From Candidatus Thorarchaeota archaeon (GTDB taxonomy: Archaea > Asgardarchaeota > Thorarchaeia > Thorarchaeales > Thorarchaeaceae), in NCBI GenBank assembly GCA_013388835.1, contig JACAEL010000026.1, positions 92,780-156,779 on the forward strand: 64,000 nt of DNA, in the 5' to 3' direction. Every line of letters starts with the position of its first letter. The first letter of the stretch is position 1. The notes under the pieces are model-generated. The model was given only the letters and a program-made list of their open reading frames with translations. It searched no databases and was not told the DNA's origin. The position numbers were made by a program, and so were the translations under genes. This document shows, one piece after another, positions 46,370-55,811 of the stretch.

Positions 46370-46912
46370 CTATGCACGGCGAGCTCTCTGAACAAGGGCG
46401 ATGAGCAGGAACATGAGCAACAGAATGACACCGGTGGAGAGCAGGATCCACTTGATGGCGGTGAAGGAAGCGGACAGCAATACGTTGGCCTCTGCCACAG
46501 CAGGATATGAGTGGATCATCATTGCGATTGCTATGTTCTCAAGGTAGTCGAAGAACGCTGCCAGTAGGGACAAGAGCGCCAAGACGCGATAGCGGACAAG
46601 GTATTCGATGCCATTTGCCAACCGAAGCGTCATCAGGCAGAATGCCAGGCCATATGCAGCTGGAAAGACCGAGTCGAGGAGCTGCAGCTGCCCGTAGAGT
46701 GACAGTCCTTCTGGTCCCAGAGCACCGAAGAGCTGAGTCATCTCGTCATAACTGTAGAATAGCCTCATGTCAAGTATGGGCAGTCCTCCTGACAACCCGA
46801 CTATTCCGGGTACGAGGAACATCATCGCAGCTCCTGTGACTAGCGCGATGATAGTCACGACATACAGAACGTACGTCCGAGCCCAGTGATCCAGAGATCG
46901 AATCAGACGCAT
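46370..46912 (-). CDS. Hypothetical membrane protein (~180 aa).
   Basis: Four to five hydrophobic helices. The start was chosen at the internal Met (MRLIRSLDHWARTYVLYVVTIIALV); the ORF-track start at 46996 adds an unlikely non-hydrophobic leader. Confidence 0.45.
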   Translation of the reverse strand: MRLIRSLDHWARTYVLYVVTIIALVTGAAMMFLVPGIVGLSGGLPILDMRLFYSYDEMTQLFGALGPEGLSLYGQLQLLDSVFPAAYGLAFCLMTLRLANGIEYLVRYRVLALLSLLAAFFDYLENIAIAMMIHSYPAVAEANVLLSASFTAIKWILLSTGVILLLMFLLIALVQRARRA

Positions 46913-46996
46913 GGCTCTCTCGTTCTCGTCCAGACTACATCTCCTGCTTAAAACGATGACTGGGAGATCGTAACGGATGCACACAGTCAGAGACAT

Positions 46997-47274
46997 GCCC
47001 TTGATTGTGCCGGAAAAGTGCCTTTCATCATAAGTATGATATCCATTAGTATATCCTTTATGCTCTATATCGCTCTTACAGGACGGAATATACCCAGATT
47101 GTGTATTAAATCGTATTCCATTGCATTATGGACGTCAGTGGATATATGAGTGTGTAATGTGGCGATGCAAATCCCATAAGTGCGCTCGTGCCTAAGTCAT
47201 TGACAGGCTGCGGACACAACGGAGCAGATCTCAAGGCACACCTGAAGTATCACGAGCTAAGGAGCAACTCGCAC
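46997..47274 (+). promoter_or_regulatory. AT-rich intergenic region upstream of the GH3 gene, with TATA-like elements (candidate archaeal promoter).
   Basis: Local AT content is much higher than the window average (…TATATCCTTTATGCTCTATATCGC…TGTATTAAATCG…GGATATATGAG…). AAGGAG lies 12 nt before the ATG at 47275. Confidence 0.3.
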
Positions 47275-48819
47275 ATGACGATGCTAAAACGACTGGTCAA
47301 GATGGTTGCCGAGAAGAAGGCACACGCTATCGACAAGATGCTCGAGCATCAACAGGAAGTGATGGAGTCAAAGCTGACGTCCATACTCCGAAGGCACCAT
47401 GACACAGTCTATGGAAGAAAGTATGGGTTCGAATCTATCAGAACCGCCGAGCAGTATGCTGAGCGGGTTCCACTGGTTGACGCTGAGAAGCTCAGGCCCT
47501 ATTTCGGAATGACTTATGTGGACCCGAAGGGGGGAATACTCACCAAGGACCCTGTGATATGGTACCTGCAGACCTCCGGGACAACAGGACACCCGAAGCG
47601 AGTACCCATAACCCGCCCCGGTCTGAAGGACTCGTCCAGAGGCTCTGCCATGACATGGATGTCATTCATAAACGCGGAGGAGGAGAACGCAGACATCCTG
47701 GACGGGACACTTGTGACTTTCGGTGCTGCATCAGTGCTCGATTGGGTGAACGGAATACCGGTGGGTTATGCGACGGGTGTCTATGCTCGCCACCAGAACC
47801 GGCTATTCCAGAGGCTCATCAAGCCGGGTGAGGACATCTTCAACATAACTGACATGGACACAAAGATGAGGGCCTATGCTCGGATTCTTGCGACCGAGAA
47901 CGTGACAGGACTTCAGGGTATCACGACGCTTTCGCTATCTCTGATCAGACGGATGCAGGACCAGTATGGACCTTGGCTTGCAGAAGAGCTCAGCAATTCC
48001 GAAGGCAGGAACAGGATTCTAGCATCTCTTGACGATGAGGGTCGACTTGATGTCAGTCAGCTCTGGCCTAATCTGAGGCTCTTTCTGGCCAGCGGAATCG
48101 ACACCACTCCCTACAAGGTCTGGATGACGAAGACCTTTCCCAACCTGAGCGTTGTCGAGATTTATGGTGCATCAGAGGGTGTCTTTGCTGGTCAGCTTCT
48201 GGAACCCCAAGAAGGGATGCAGCTGTTTGCAAACACGCACTACTTCGAGTTCATTCGAGAGAATGACGCCAACGAACCCAACCCTGCTGTGATTCCTCTC
48301 TCCGAGGTCAAGGTCGGAAGCAGGTATGAGATTGTCCTAACTAACATTCAGGGCTACTACAGATATCGCTTGGGGGACGTAATGACCTTCACGTCCACTG
48401 ATCCCTATTCTGTGAGCCGGATATCAAGAAGGGGAAAGGTGGTGAACCTGTCAGGTGAGAAGGTGTCTGATGCGCATGCGTCGATTGCGATGAGTGAGGC
48501 CTGTCGGAGGACGGGTGCACAGGTGGTTGACTACACCCTGTTAGGAGTGATAGAGAATGGGATTGGCCACTACACAATCGCTGCGCTGTTCCGAGACGAC
48601 TCAGTAGACTCCATAGAGTTTGTCCAGACCTTTGAGGAGTCCATGATGAGCATAAACCCAGAGTTCAGGGTGGTGAGAGAGGTTGGTGCACTGGGCCCAA
48701 CCGTGCTGAAGAGGCTTAAGGTACCGTACTTCGATGAGGTTGTCAAGCAGAGCCACCTGCAGGCAAAGCCTCATTGTCTGACGACCAGCAAGGACGTACT
48801 CTCGCTATGCGAGTCGTGA
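47275..48819 (+). CDS. GH3-family adenylate-forming enzyme (GH3 auxin-responsive-promoter superfamily, PF03321-like acyl-acid amido synthetase).
   Basis: YLQTSGTTGHPKRVPIT matches the GH3 SSGTSxGxxKxxP adenylation motif. YGASEG matches the GH3 Y-x-S-SE motif. Length and C-terminal domain fit the GH3 family. The start at MTMLKRLVKM is preceded by AAGGAG; the ORF track extends it to 47188. Stop TGA. Confidence 0.7.
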   Translation: MTMLKRLVKMVAEKKAHAIDKMLEHQQEVMESKLTSILRRHHDTVYGRKYGFESIRTAEQYAERVPLVDAEKLRPYFGMTYVDPKGGILTKDPVIWYLQTSGTTGHPKRVPITRPGLKDSSRGSAMTWMSFINAEEENADILDGTLVTFGAASVLDWVNGIPVGYATGVYARHQNRLFQRLIKPGEDIFNITDMDTKMRAYARILATENVTGLQGITTLSLSLIRRMQDQYGPWLAEELSNSEGRNRILASLDDEGRLDVSQLWPNLRLFLASGIDTTPYKVWMTKTFPNLSVVEIYGASEGVFAGQLLEPQEGMQLFANTHYFEFIRENDANEPNPAVIPLSEVKVGSRYEIVLTNIQGYYRYRLGDVMTFTSTDPYSVSRISRRGKVVNLSGEKVSDAHASIAMSEACRRTGAQVVDYTLLGVIENGIGHYTIAALFRDDSVDSIEFVQTFEESMMSINPEFRVVREVGALGPTVLKRLKVPYFDEVVKQSHLQAKPHCLTTSKDVLSLCES

Positions 48820-48889
48820 GCAGCTCTCCGCTCTCATGATGCGCGCTAGGAGCCGACGGAGTGTCCCGGCAGATGGATTCCGAGAGCTC

Positions 48890-49567
48890 CTAGCCCTCCT
48901 GCATACTGGTTGTGGGACTGGGAGCAGAAACGCTCCCATGGTACCACGGATTGATGAGTGCTACTGTCGCTATGAGTGTGGCCAGTACGTTGATGGTGTC
49001 TGCGACGAACACAAGCCCCATCGCAATAAGAGATACACGCGACAGCTGGCTGACGATTATCAGTGATAGGGATACCAGCATGAGTTCGCTGCGGACCTCC
49101 TTGAGCCGACCGGTTCTCCACGTCACGGCAAAGGTCGCTGCGAGACCGAACATCATCACGACGAGGATTGGAATGAGGAGAGCTTGGACCGTCGTGCTAT
49201 CGGGAGCCAGAAGAGCTACGAGAATCCAGTAGACCAGCAGGGCCACGAGTATCTTTACGTGGTGGCGCTTCTGTCCAGGGAGCCAGATTATGAGAAGCGC
49301 AGTCAGCATGGGGAACGCGGTGCCTGCTATCACCAAAGCCCTTACACGTAGAACCTCCAGACTATCGGGCAATATGGCTGCTGCGACCAGCGTCTGGATG
49401 AGCATGTTGATTGCCTGCATGATGAAGGTCACTCCGAACAGAAAGGGAAGGTCTGACAGCAACCTCGCTTCCTGCCTGGACCACTTGAACAGCAGGTAGC
49501 CCGACAGTATGAAGCTGATGATCACAGCGAAGAGGGTGGACATCACATAGAGCGTCGTTATCTGCAT
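48890..49567 (-). CDS. Hypothetical polytopic membrane protein (225 aa).
   Basis: Six or seven hydrophobic helices. No family recognised. Confidence 0.45.
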   Translation of the reverse strand: MQITTLYVMSTLFAVIISFILSGYLLFKWSRQEARLLSDLPFLFGVTFIMQAINMLIQTLVAAAILPDSLEVLRVRALVIAGTAFPMLTALLIIWLPGQKRHHVKILVALLVYWILVALLAPDSTTVQALLIPILVVMMFGLAATFAVTWRTGRLKEVRSELMLVSLSLIIVSQLSRVSLIAMGLVFVADTINVLATLIATVALINPWYHGSVSAPSPTTSMQEG

Positions 49568-49615
49568 CTTCTCACCTCGGCGACCGTTTCAATGCCTTTT
49601 CTCACGGCCTCCTAT

Positions 49616-50539
49616 TTAAGCACGTTGTGACTGACTCTCACGAACCAATGTTGCCCTCAGCTGCAACAGAGCCCGCTCCATGTCCACGACCGTACGCTTG
49701 GAGAATAGCACCAAGTAGAATGAGAACACTACTATGAAGGCCATCGCCATCATGCCCATGAGAACAGGGTCATTGAAGCTGAAGTCCGGGCCCTGAACTG
49801 AGCCTTCAGATCCGACCTTGAATCCCTCGTTAAGGAAATTGATCAGAGTGTGTGCAACGATATTACCAACGAGACTGGTTCGTAGAGAGAATCGCTCGTA
49901 GTAGACTCCGAACATGGCTCCTAGAAGGCCGGACAGCAGAATCATTGAGACCCACTCGGTCGGAGGCGCTCCATTGGCCATGGGCCAGCAAGCGTGCCAG
50001 AAGCCAAAGACTATTGCGGAGAGCAGTATGGCTCGACGGACTGCCATCTTCTGGCGCAGGGAGTTCTGCAACATGCCTCGGAAGAGGGTCTCCTCAAAGA
50101 CGGCGTTGACAAAGAAGAAGAAGAATGAATACAATAGCAAGGACGGGTAGACGACGCTGAGACTGAGGGAGTATTCGGGATTCACAAACAGTCCGTACGC
50201 GACCGTGCTGCCGACGATGACCAAGAAGAAGACTGAGAAACCCACTAGTAACCCGGAGAGGACGAGAGGTCTCAGGTGTTTCTTGCTGAGACCTAGCACC
50301 GATTCAATCTCGTTCCGTCTGTAGACCCACACGACTGTCAGAATCACAGTGAGGGGACCAAGCTTGGATGGGAGAATGTTCATCCACGTGTTTCCAAGCT
50401 GCAGCACAAACACATCCACGACACGCCACATCGCTGACATGAGAAGAATTATGCAAGTCAGGGTCAGTAGACCGATGCTGCTCAACCGTCTCTTGGTTTC
50501 AGTGTGCACAGGCAAGTCATGCTCGGTAGTTGTAGTCAT
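49616..50539 (-). CDS. CPBP-family intramembrane metalloprotease (CAAX protease / Abi).
   Basis: Motif 1 AVFEETLFRG, motif 2 FGFWHAC (FxxxH), motif 3 region …IVAHTLIN…, within a multi-TM protein. The start was chosen at MTTTTEH, preceded by AAGGTGG; the ORF-track start is 50584. Confidence 0.7.
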   Translation of the reverse strand: MTTTTEHDLPVHTETKRRLSSIGLLTLTCIILLMSAMWRVVDVFVLQLGNTWMNILPSKLGPLTVILTVVWVYRRNEIESVLGLSKKHLRPLVLSGLLVGFSVFFLVIVGSTVAYGLFVNPEYSLSLSVVYPSLLLYSFFFFFVNAVFEETLFRGMLQNSLRQKMAVRRAILLSAIVFGFWHACWPMANGAPPTEWVSMILLSGLLGAMFGVYYERFSLRTSLVGNIVAHTLINFLNEGFKVGSEGSVQGPDFSFNDPVLMGMMAMAFIVVFSFYLVLFSKRTVVDMERALLQLRATLVRESQSQRA

Positions 50540-50914
50540 TCCATTCCACCTTATTGTTGCGACATATCGAGGTGCTCTCGGCACAATATAAGGTCCGAAA
50601 CTGCCCGGTTTCTGAACTCGTCCACGTCTTCATGCCGACTCTTCATTGCCCGTACCGGAGCCGCAGGGCTGCACAGGGACAGTGCGAATGCACATTGCAT
50701 GAGAACCTGATGGTGCATTCTCCCAGTATTCGGCAGTTCTAGCACTGAGGCACTTCGATGAGTCGTCGCAGTAACGGATCGGGCTGAGGCTTCAGACGTC
50801 CTACATGATGGAATCTTGATATGTCAGGCCAACTGCTGGAAGGAGACCTGAGCATGAGGCCGTACAAGTCCCGCACATTGACGGACGAACCAGTGTATTC
50901 TGAATCCGGCCTGA

Positions 50915-51076
50915 CTAGCCAACTTTCTCGAAGTCTTCCTTTGCGGCGCCGCACATGGGGCAGACCCAGTCATCAGGTATGTCCTCAAACTTCGTACCTG
51001 GGGCAATACCACCATCGGGGTCACCAGTGTCCTCATCATAGATGTAGCCGCAGACCGTGCATTCCCACTTAGCCAT
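50915..51076 (-). CDS. rub: Rubredoxin (53 aa); below the ORF-track length cutoff.
   Basis: Translation by eye: [53 protein letters not shown]. Both CxxCG knuckles (CTVCGY, CPMCGA) and the conserved aromatic core are present. Stop TAG. Confidence 0.85.
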   Translation of the reverse strand: MAKWECTVCGYIYDEDTGDPDGGIAPGTKFEDIPDDWVCPMCGAAKEDFEKVG

Positions 51077-51349
51077 CTGTCTTTCCTCATTGGTGATATG
51101 GTGTGGCTGAAGGCTGTTCCCTCAGCTTTTCAGTCCAGTCAGCCATCCTGTGTTAAAAGGCTTCGGATGTAGTTCATCGTACGTGGATGTTCGGGTGACG
51201 ACTCTTGCTTGGTCCTTCTCGACTCTGAGGATGCGACGTTCTGCGCTTGCACCCAGGACGTGACTGTTGTGACAGAGCGTCTGATGGGGAAACGTTAATC
51301 TTGAACCACTCTATCAGGTCTTCGACCCCACTTCCGGGATGCCGCAGGG

Positions 51350-51883
51350 GTGACATTACGCATGGCAGAAGATGGCACATATCTGAGAGCTAAACTGACA
51401 GAGATCAACGTTGCTATTGACAGGCTTACGGACATGATGAACCGGATGGTCGAGGTTATGACCCGGCTCAGTGAGTCAACGCAGTCTCTGGACAGTCTGA
51501 GCAGGTCCGTGGCGGGAAACAACGAGAGGCTGGACGAGCTGATGAAGACGCTCAAGGGTCTGTCTGCGGGGGGTGGCCTTACTGCTGAGGGGCGCGGTGC
51601 TGCTGACAGGGGTCAGCTCTCTTCGCTCGCGGCAGTCCTTGACACACTGGACAGTCAGATAAGGGACGGCGTCATCGCGAGTGACCTGGCCAAGAAGATT
51701 GATGACTCTGCAACAATGATGGAGCAGAAGGGAGGTGCTGCAGCCCTGGTGGTCAAGATGCAGCGCTGGGTCCGAATCCTCAGGACTTACGGGAGGGTCG
51801 ACCCGATAAGCTCCGCTGACCTGTCCAAGCTTCGGGCGGATCTGAAAGAGTGGCAGAAGGAAATCAGCCAGATGCGTACATAG
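51350..51883 (+). CDS. Hypothetical coiled-coil protein (177 aa).
   Basis: Heptad-like helical composition (…NERLDELMKTLKGLS…LSKLRADLKEWQKEISQMRT), preceded by an AT-poor but conserved-looking promoter gap. No family assigned. Confidence 0.45.
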   Translation: MTLRMAEDGTYLRAKLTEINVAIDRLTDMMNRMVEVMTRLSESTQSLDSLSRSVAGNNERLDELMKTLKGLSAGGGLTAEGRGAADRGQLSSLAAVLDTLDSQIRDGVIASDLAKKIDDSATMMEQKGGAAALVVKMQRWVRILRTYGRVDPISSADLSKLRADLKEWQKEISQMRT

Positions 51884-52023
51884 GATTCATCGGTATTGTG
51901 TAATGCCAGTCAGTTTATCGTCACCGCATGCAAAAAAGGCGTATCTAAAGCCACATGCTGAATGCTTAATAGGCGAAGAGAGGACAATAAATCTGACTTC
52001 GCCGGGATAACCAGAGGTGCACG

Positions 52024-52365
52024 TTGATGATTGACTCGCGGACTGACGATGCCATAGGTGGTATAATCAACGAGTTCCCACAGCCCTACCGAGATGCGAC
52101 CATGCGACTGTGGGAGCTCTGGAAGAATACAGACCCAACGCCACCTTATTACCTCTCATGGTCTGAGTTCGCTTCGAATCACGACGACGCAGGAGCACTC
52201 TACACAGAACAGAGAGTGTACAACAGAAGAATCACCAATGAGCTCAGGTCGCTTGAAGTACCAAGGACGCTACGCCAGAGAGTAGCACACGCTCTGGCAG
52301 CAGTCGCAGGGATCTTCCTGGTCGTGTTTCTAGCGCTGTCACGAGCACTCAGAGCTGCAGAGTGA
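52024..52365 (+). CDS. Hypothetical small protein with a C-terminal TM helix (113 aa).
   Basis: Soluble N-terminal region followed by the C-terminal hydrophobic helix AAVAGIFLVVFLALSRAL. Confidence 0.4.
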   Translation: MMIDSRTDDAIGGIINEFPQPYRDATMRLWELWKNTDPTPPYYLSWSEFASNHDDAGALYTEQRVYNRRITNELRSLEVPRTLRQRVAHALAAVAGIFLVVFLALSRALRAAE

Positions 52366-52432
52366 AGCGAGCACCACTCGCTCTGCCTGAGAGTCCTCCT
52401 TATAACCAGTGAGGCAGCTGTGCCCATAAGAT

Positions 52433-53926
52433 ATGGTCGAACTGCTAGATGAACTGCCGTCCGACATGGTGTGTCTGCTAGACGAGGCAGCCGCCGCACT
52501 GAAGGGCGCTCGAAGAGGACTGGTGGTCTCGCACAATGACGCCGATGGTATATCTGCCCTTGCTATCCTTCTCACAACGCTTCAGCGAGAGGGCATCCCC
52601 CACGTATGGAGGAACATCCACCAGCTGAACTCGGACACAGTCCTCGAAGTGGCAGGGCTTGTGAGAGAACACAGTCCAGACCTCGTCGTATTCACGGACC
52701 TTGGGAGCGGCCAGATGCCACTGATACTGGACAATGTGACCCCGGAGATGGGTGTCACACGAGTGATTGTATTGGACCATCACCTGCTCCAAGACCGGGC
52801 AGAAGACGGTCTCCCCGAACATGTGACAGAGCTGAACCCCAACATACATGGCATGAGCGGCAGCAACGATGTCTCAGGGGCGGGCATGGCATTCCTGTTG
52901 TCCGTGGCTGTACGAGCGACCAACACGGATCTGAGTGAGCTTGCTGTGGTTGGCGCATCGGGTGACATGCAGGACTACTACGGCAAGGGGTTTGTCGGAC
53001 TCAACGCACGCATTGTAGATGCGGCTAAGAGAGCCGGTTACATTGCCGTCGAGAGAGACCTCACATTCTTTGGCATCAACACGAGACCCCTTGCTCAGCT
53101 CTTGGAGTACGCTACGGAGCCGTACCTCCCCGGCCTGACGGGCAATCGAGATGCATGTTACAGCTTCTTCACGGAGCGTGGCATCCCATTGAAGAGCGGA
53201 CCCGACGAGTGGAGGACATGGTCCGACCTGAACAAGGAGGAGAAGCAGCTAGCAGTTCAGGGTCTCATCGACGTTATCCTAGAGCACTATGCGGACCCAT
53301 CCATCGCACGAGGGATAATCGGTGATGTGTTCGTACTATGCAACAGGCCACGGAAGTCTGAGATGAGAAGCGCCAAGGAGTTCTCGACTCTGCTGAACGC
53401 CTGCGGACGGAATAGAAGGGCCGAGGTCGGTGTTGAGATCTGTCTAGGCTCCGAGGAGGCGTATGAACTCGGCAAGGCGCTTCTCCAGAGGCACCGAGCA
53501 AACCTTGCTGACGCGCTTCGGAGGCTTGAAACCGGTGGGGCCTCTGACAGACGAGGGATGTATTATGTCAATGACCCGCTGACGCCCGATACAATAGTGG
53601 GCATCGTGATTGGCATGGCGCAGGCAGCGAGGATAGTGCCCGATGACAGACCGGTGATTGGTGTGAGCACAAACACGACCGCCAACACCCAGAAGGCAAA
53701 GCTGTCCGGTAGGGCTCCACGCCATCTCGTGGACCGCGGTCTCAGTCTCAAGGAGGTCTTCGCCAACTCAGCAAAGAGGCTCAATGAGAGACATGGTGAG
53801 ATGCTGGCAGAAGGAGGTGGTCATCCGATGGCTGCGGGTGCCTTTGTCCGTGTCGAACATCTCGATGAATACGTCAGTCTGGTCTCAGATGAGATTGAGA
53901 GGATGTTGGCACAAAGAAGAGGGTAG
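52433..53926 (+). CDS. DHH-family phosphoesterase, archaeal RecJ/GAN (Cdc45-like) nuclease homolog.
   Basis: DHH motifs: SHNDADGISA (motif I), VFTDLGSG (motif II), VIVLDHH (motif III), and the DHHA1 GGGHPMAAGAF motif near the C-terminus. Length 497 aa, typical of archaeal RecJ-like proteins. Confidence 0.75.
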   Translation: MVELLDELPSDMVCLLDEAAAALKGARRGLVVSHNDADGISALAILLTTLQREGIPHVWRNIHQLNSDTVLEVAGLVREHSPDLVVFTDLGSGQMPLILDNVTPEMGVTRVIVLDHHLLQDRAEDGLPEHVTELNPNIHGMSGSNDVSGAGMAFLLSVAVRATNTDLSELAVVGASGDMQDYYGKGFVGLNARIVDAAKRAGYIAVERDLTFFGINTRPLAQLLEYATEPYLPGLTGNRDACYSFFTERGIPLKSGPDEWRTWSDLNKEEKQLAVQGLIDVILEHYADPSIARGIIGDVFVLCNRPRKSEMRSAKEFSTLLNACGRNRRAEVGVEICLGSEEAYELGKALLQRHRANLADALRRLETGGASDRRGMYYVNDPLTPDTIVGIVIGMAQAARIVPDDRPVIGVSTNTTANTQKAKLSGRAPRHLVDRGLSLKEVFANSAKRLNERHGEMLAEGGGHPMAAGAFVRVEHLDEYVSLVSDEIERMLAQRRG

Positions 53927-53958
53927 CGAATTGGGAGGCCCCCCTCCCCAGTGGACTA

Positions 53959-54417
53959 TTAGTACTCCTCTGCCGTCAGAGAAGCGCCGATTACTCCGGG
54001 GATGAAGAGCAGACCAAAGGATGCCGCCAAGTCTATTGCAATTGTCTGGGCGAGGTTGGCAAGTGCCGTGGGTTCGAGTGCCATGCTCAGCGAGAGGGCT
54101 GCGTATCCAATGAAGAACAGGACTAGAGCAATGATGGACACGAACAGCATTCTCACTCCGCTCTTAGAGATGAGCCCGGCGATAAACCCGGCCACGCCAA
54201 GAGCGACAATTGGAGCGTAGACACCAGAGAGCGCAAAGTGATAGGGGAATATCAGCTGAGCAAAAAGCAGCGCCCCCTGATACTTTAGAGCATCAGTCAG
54301 ACTGGGTGAACCGAGGATTGCCTGTATGGCAGCAATGTCGAGACCCAGTATCTGAAAGGCCCCAATCACTATCGACACGATTAGTGTGATTAGAAGTGCT
54401 ATTATTGTTCGGAACAT
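53959..54417 (-). CDS. Hypothetical small membrane protein (152 aa).
   Basis: Four hydrophobic helices; no family. Confidence 0.45.
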   Translation of the reverse strand: MFRTIIALLITLIVSIVIGAFQILGLDIAAIQAILGSPSLTDALKYQGALLFAQLIFPYHFALSGVYAPIVALGVAGFIAGLISKSGVRMLFVSIIALVLFFIGYAALSLSMALEPTALANLAQTIAIDLAASFGLLFIPGVIGASLTAEEY

Positions 54418-54550
54418 CTTGATTCAACTCCGAGAGTTGACTGCGTACAGGCAGGTTCTAGTCCACTTATATCTGTTAGCACACCTGTTCATGCCAAGCT
54501 GAACCGGTCCTCAGACGAGGTGGTCTCTTCAACCGGTCGCGGGACTCCTC

Positions 54551-55714
54551 TCAGATTGATGCCAGCGAGTCTGGTATGGGTGCTTCAGACTGACATGAAG
54601 TACATCTTACACAGGATATCTGCGAAGCAGTCTGGGCTGTGGGAAGCGAGACTTTGAAGCTGGTATTGCATATCGAACAATGGGCCTTGATGTAGCCTCG
54701 CAGCTCAATCGATTTGCGCCATGCTCGTTCAGCTTCAGTCCTCTGTCCTCGTCTACCGAGTTCCACTGCCAGCAACACCCATGGCGCGGCTGAGTTCGGG
54801 TCGTGCTCGGTGGCTCTTCTGAGGCACTCAAACATCTTCTCGTGCTCGCCAAGTCTGAGCAGTGCATCACAGAGCCGGTACCAAGAATCACAGTCCTCAC
54901 ATGTGAGACTCCACGCCCTCTCAAGATACTTGTTGCTCTCTTTCTCTGCTCCCAGGTATTTCGATATGACCGCAAGTCGGCCCAGTGCCTCAACACTATC
55001 CGAGCTCATCTTCAGTGCGTCGCCAAACAGTGTCTCAGCTCTGTGATAGAGTCCTGACTGGAAGTAATACTCTGCAGCCAGCATCTTGGTCCTGTAGTCA
55101 TTGGGGGCCATTGCAATGGCACGCTCCACAAGTGGGGCCGCCTCCTCAAAACGCCCCAGGATCACCGACGAGTAGGCGTAGTTGGTTAATGCTATCAGTG
55201 AGTCAGGGTTGAGGTGGAAGAGCACACCCCACTCTTGTGCAGCCTCAGTGTAGTCGCCTTGCTTGTGCAACACCATCGCTCGCAGATTATGCAACGCAGA
55301 GTCGTTGGGGAACCGACCGACTCCCTCGTCCAGTAGCTTGGCTGCCTGACGGTAGTCAGTTCGCTGATAATGCACTTCCGCAAGATCCGCCCATGCTTCA
55401 GGCACATCTGAACCCAGTGCCAGTGCCCGTGTCAGGTACTTCTCTGCGCTGTCGTAATTCTCAAGGGCCTTGTACGCTCTACCCAGGAAGAGGCACAACA
55501 CACAGTGTTCTTCGACCAGTTCTTCAGCCTTCGTCAACACCGAGACTGCGCGCTGGGGTTGCGCAGACTGGAGGTATGCAAGTCCCAGAAGCACCATTGC
55601 ATCCGGGTTGTCGTCGTCTTCCTCTAGGATTGCCTCCAAGACGTGCATGGCCTCTTCGATGCGACCGTCTTCAAGCGCTTCCTCTGCGAGCTTGAGTCTG
55701 TCGCTCTTCACCAT
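54551..55714 (-). CDS. TPR-repeat protein with a C-terminal zinc-ribbon-like Cys cluster.
   Basis: Multiple 34-aa TPR units (…AMVLLGLAYLQSAQPQRAVSVLTKA…; …AWADLAEVHYQRTDYRQAAKLL…). The C-terminus is HCSICNTSF...CVRCTSCQ (CxxC...CxxC). The start was chosen at MVKSDRL; the longer ORF-track version overlaps the divergent methyltransferase gene. Confidence 0.7.
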   Translation of the reverse strand: MVKSDRLKLAEEALEDGRIEEAMHVLEAILEEDDDNPDAMVLLGLAYLQSAQPQRAVSVLTKAEELVEEHCVLCLFLGRAYKALENYDSAEKYLTRALALGSDVPEAWADLAEVHYQRTDYRQAAKLLDEGVGRFPNDSALHNLRAMVLHKQGDYTEAAQEWGVLFHLNPDSLIALTNYAYSSVILGRFEEAAPLVERAIAMAPNDYRTKMLAAEYYFQSGLYHRAETLFGDALKMSSDSVEALGRLAVISKYLGAEKESNKYLERAWSLTCEDCDSWYRLCDALLRLGEHEKMFECLRRATEHDPNSAAPWVLLAVELGRRGQRTEAERAWRKSIELRGYIKAHCSICNTSFKVSLPTAQTASQISCVRCTSCQSEAPIPDSLASI

Positions 55715-55811
55715 ATGTGCCTCTGTCCTCAGCCAATCCACGAGTGACGACGTCGTGATTCTGGCGGCTAGGGCTGACTGACCACAAGTCTCGATATAAG
55801 TACGAATCGAT

